Shown: one piece after another, positions 13,563 to 16,215 of the stretch
How positions within the stretch are numbered: position 1 is the stretch's first letter
Layout: every line of letters begins with the position of its first letter
Assembly (NCBI GenBank): GCA_046484245.1
Contig: JAWOBN010000007.1
Location: 1 to 16,215, forward strand
Direction: 5' to 3'
DNA length: 16,215 bases
Origin: a bacterium
GTDB lineage: Bacteria; Hydrothermota; 32-111
Notes under the pieces: model-generated
Databases searched by the model: none
Seen by the model: the letters and a program-made list of their open reading frames with translations, nothing else
What the model was told of the DNA's origin: nothing
Made by a program: the position numbers and the translations under genes

Positions 13563-16215
13563 AAAAGGAAAGTAAGAACAGAAGGATACTCAAAGCAGTA
13601 AGGAGCTTTGTCCCGAGGCGTATTGTATCAGGTGGAAAAGAGCATCAATATGATTATTTTGAGGGTATTGTCCTGTGCGCGGACATATCGGGATTTACAG
13701 CAATGAGTGAAAAACTCACATCATCCGGTAAAGAGGGTTCTGAGGAGATCTCCAAAATAATCAATTCATTCTTTGAACCCCTTGTGAAGATCATCAATAA
13801 TTACGGAGGGGATATATTCTTCTTCGGTGGGGATGCAATCACAGCAGTATTCAGCAGTGATATGGCAGACAGGGCTGTGTATTCTGCACACGAGGCTGTG
13901 AAGCTTATCAATGAGAAAGGCAGAATCAGCACATCGCAGGGGAAATTCAGCATCAGCATACATATTGCGCTCACTAAGGGGAAGATATTCTACAAACAGA
14001 CAAAACGCCTCTATATGCTGTCAGGTAATACATGTTACAGGGTGATGAGGCTGCTGGACAAGGCAAAGAAGCAGCAGATAATCATAGATTCCTCTGTGAG
14101 GGATTCTGCGGATAATATCAAATACAAAACAATGCAGAGAGGTGTGCATAAAGTAACAAAGATAACCGGCAGCAGCAAGAAGCAAGTTCTGTCCATTCCT
14201 GATGAAAGCAGCAAGAACATCAGCACGGAGATCAAGCGCTTATATCAGTATGTACCGGAGTGGCTTGAGAGAAGAATACAGATAAAGCAGACATTCAGTC
14301 CCAAGGATGGTGAACACAGGAAGGCGGCTGTTGTATTCCTTCATTTCCGGAAGATACCCTTTGATAAGTATCCGGAAAAGGCCTCAGGTCAAGTGGAGAA
14401 GATTGGAGAGGATATTGACACCATATCAGAGAAATACGGCGGATGGGTCAATAAAATTGATTTCTACAATAATGCGATCAGGGCTCTCGTTATTTTCGGT
14501 TTCCCCAGAAAGCTTCCCAATGATGAGAGTCATGCAGTGATGTTTGCACAGGAGATACTCTCAAAGAAGGAACTGAAGAATATTGACATGCGCATAGGAG
14601 TAAACTCAGGCCTGATCTACGGCACACCCATAGGTTCCAATATCAGAAGAGAATACACTGTAATGGGGGATACAGTGAATACTGCTGCAAGAATTGCTTC
14701 AAAGGCAAAGAGCCGGGAAATAACAGTAGGCGAGAATGTGTTTGAGAAAACATCCCATGTATTCAATTACAGTAAGACAAGGGCTAAGGCATTCAAGGGG
14801 AAATCCCGGAAGGTGCATAATTACATATTCAGAGGTACAAGATCCGAAAAGGGCCATATCAGACGTATGGGGGAATGGATATCGCAGAGCAGCAAGCTTA
14901 TTGGTCATAAGGAGGAGATAAAACATTTCCACAATGCAATGAATACAGTCAAAGGGGGAAATGGTCAGATCATTGCATTTACAGGTGAAGCAGGACTCGG
15001 CAAATCAAGAATGATAGCAGAGCTTGCTGATGCAGCAAATGGAGAGGGGTATAAGGTTTATCAGGGTAATTGCATATCATACGGGCAGGCATTCTCATAT
15101 CATCCCTGGATTGAGATATTCAACAGGGTCTTCAAGCTCCTGCCTGATGAGAGTAATGCAAAAAAGAAGAGAAAGATACTGAAAGTCATGAAGGCAACAG
15201 GTGATGATGCAAAGACATGGCTGCCCCTTATAGGTGAAATTATGGGTATTGACCTCGGCATGAATGATATTGTGAAAAATCTGGACAGTAAGATAAAGAA
15301 ACAGAAATTCTTTGATATTGTTCTGGGCATATTGGATTCAATTGCATCAAAACACCCTCTCTGCATTGTTATTGAGGATGTGCACTGGATGGACTCCATA
15401 TCAATGGAACTATTACAGTATATTACGAGGAATATTGAAGAGAGAAAAATACTGGTTCTGCTGGCATACAGGCCGATAAAAGAAGAACTTGAATTCAGGC
15501 AGAAGGATTACTGCAGGGAATTCCTGATGAAAGAACTCTCTGAGTATGAAACCCTGGAACTGGTTGAGAATCTGCTGGATATCAGGAAACTCCCCGAGTC
15601 ACTCAAAACACTTGTAATAAAAAAGACACAGGGTAATCCCTTCTATGTGGAGGAAATTGTCAAATCGCTCGTAGAACAGGGGTATGTGGAACTGAAGAAG
15701 AAAAAATGGGTTTTTACAGGTGATACCCGGAAGATTACACTGCCTGATTCCGTTGAAGGTGTCATACTGACGAGGATTGACCGTCTGGACCTCATAGAGA
15801 GGGATGTCCTGCAGGTTGCTTCTGTCCTCGGCAGGGAGTTTGACTACACACTTCTGAAAGGCGTATATTCCGATACAAAGCGCCTGACAAAATCACTGAA
15901 TGTATTAAAAACACTTGACCTCCTCAAGAAACATGAAGTGAATAAAGACCGGTATTTCTTCAAACATATACTGACACAGGAAACAGCGTATAATACACTG
16001 TCATTTGAGAAAAAGAGAGACCTGCATCATAATGTCGCTTCATTGATAGAGAGGAAATACAAGAAGAATATTGATGAGCAGTCAGGCATATTGTCTTATC
16101 ATTATTACAAGGCAAAGGATTATGAGAATTCATTGGTCTATTCAGTAAAAGCAGGGGACAAGGCAAAGGATGTCTATGCAAATGATGAGGCAATTGAATT
16201 CTACACAAGGGCAAT
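13559..16215 (+). CDS. Soluble-adenylyl-cyclase-like protein: tandem class III cyclase domains plus STAND (AAA_16-type) NTPase and the start of a TPR region; runs off the window
   Basis: Absent from the ORF track because it has no stop; translated by hand from ATG 13559 (ATGA overlap, AGGAGGAGG RBS). C1: LCADISGFT, FGGDAI. C2: WVNKID, IFGFP, RIGVNSG, RREYTVMGDTVNTAAR. Walker A GEAGLGKS (14984-15007), Walker B IVIEDVHW, TQGNPFY, YFFKHILTQETAYNTL, AKDVYANDEAIEFY. Confidence 0.92.
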   Translation, partial: MKKESKNRRILKAVRSFVPRRIVSGGKEHQYDYFEGIVLCADISGFTAMSEKLTSSGKEGSEEISKIINSFFEPLVKIINNYGGDIFFFGGDAITAVFSSDMADRAVYSAHEAVKLINEKGRISTSQGKFSISIHIALTKGKIFYKQTKRLYMLSGNTCYRVMRLLDKAKKQQIIIDSSVRDSADNIKYKTMQRGVHKVTKITGSSKKQVLSIPDESSKNISTEIKRLYQYVPEWLERRIQIKQTFSPKDGEHRKAAVVFLHFRKIPFDKYPEKASGQVEKIGEDIDTISEKYGGWVNKIDFYNNAIRALVIFGFPRKLPNDESHAVMFAQEILSKKELKNIDMRIGVNSGLIYGTPIGSNIRREYTVMGDTVNTAARIASKAKSREITVGENVFEKTSHVFNYSKTRAKAFKGKSRKVHNYIFRGTRSEKGHIRRMGEWISQSSKLIGHKEEIKHFHNAMNTVKGGNGQIIAFTGEAGLGKSRMIAELADAANGEGYKVYQGNCISYGQAFSYHPWIEIFNRVFKLLPDESNAKKKRKILKVMKATGDDAKTWLPLIGEIMGIDLGMNDIVKNLDSKIKKQKFFDIVLGILDSIASKHPLCIVIEDVHWMDSISMELLQYITRNIEERKILVLLAYRPIKEELEFRQKDYCREFLMKELSEYETLELVENLLDIRKLPESLKTLVIKKTQGNPFYVEEIVKSLVEQGYVELKKKKWVFTGDTRKITLPDSVEGVILTRIDRLDLIERDVLQVASVLGREFDYTLLKGVYSDTKRLTKSLNVLKTLDLLKKHEVNKDRYFFKHILTQETAYNTLSFEKKRDLHHNVASLIERKYKKNIDEQSGILSYHYYKAKDYENSLVYSVKAGDKAKDVYANDEAIEFYTRA

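Noticed and set aside
13766..16214. Short ORFs listed across the last 2.6 kb
   Set aside because: All are off-frame or antisense to the long cyclase-STAND ORF from 13559 that the track omitted.

Overview
A bacterial chromosomal window from a probable diderm anaerobe; it uses sigma70-type TTGACA/TATAAT promoters and GGAG Shine-Dalgarno sites. In order it holds: (1) an ABC-2 exporter on the minus strand, with the ATPase intact and the permease running into about 97 bp of foreign GC-rich sequence at the window edge; (2) an AT-rich type II restriction-modification pair (HNH endonuclease plus beta-class amino-methyltransferase); (3) a cobalamin riboswitch controlling a BtuB-like TonB-dependent receptor and a BtuG/YncE-like beta-propeller lipoprotein; (4) two NrdR boxes, a terminator and a promoter overlaid ahead of a split class III ribonucleotide reductase, made of a large NrdD lacking its glycyl-radical tail, a separate 53-aa RVVGY peptide, and the NrdG activase; (5) an orphan single-domain response regulator; (6) a 161-bp element with 30-bp terminal inverted repeats; (7) a translationally coupled operon of two stand-alone TPR proteins and a soluble-adenylyl-cyclase-like protein (tandem cyclase domains plus STAND NTPase, truncated by the window). 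The two best leads are the split NrdD with charge-complementary tails and the TPR-TPR-cyclase/STAND operon. All calls come from reading motifs by eye; no searches were run.
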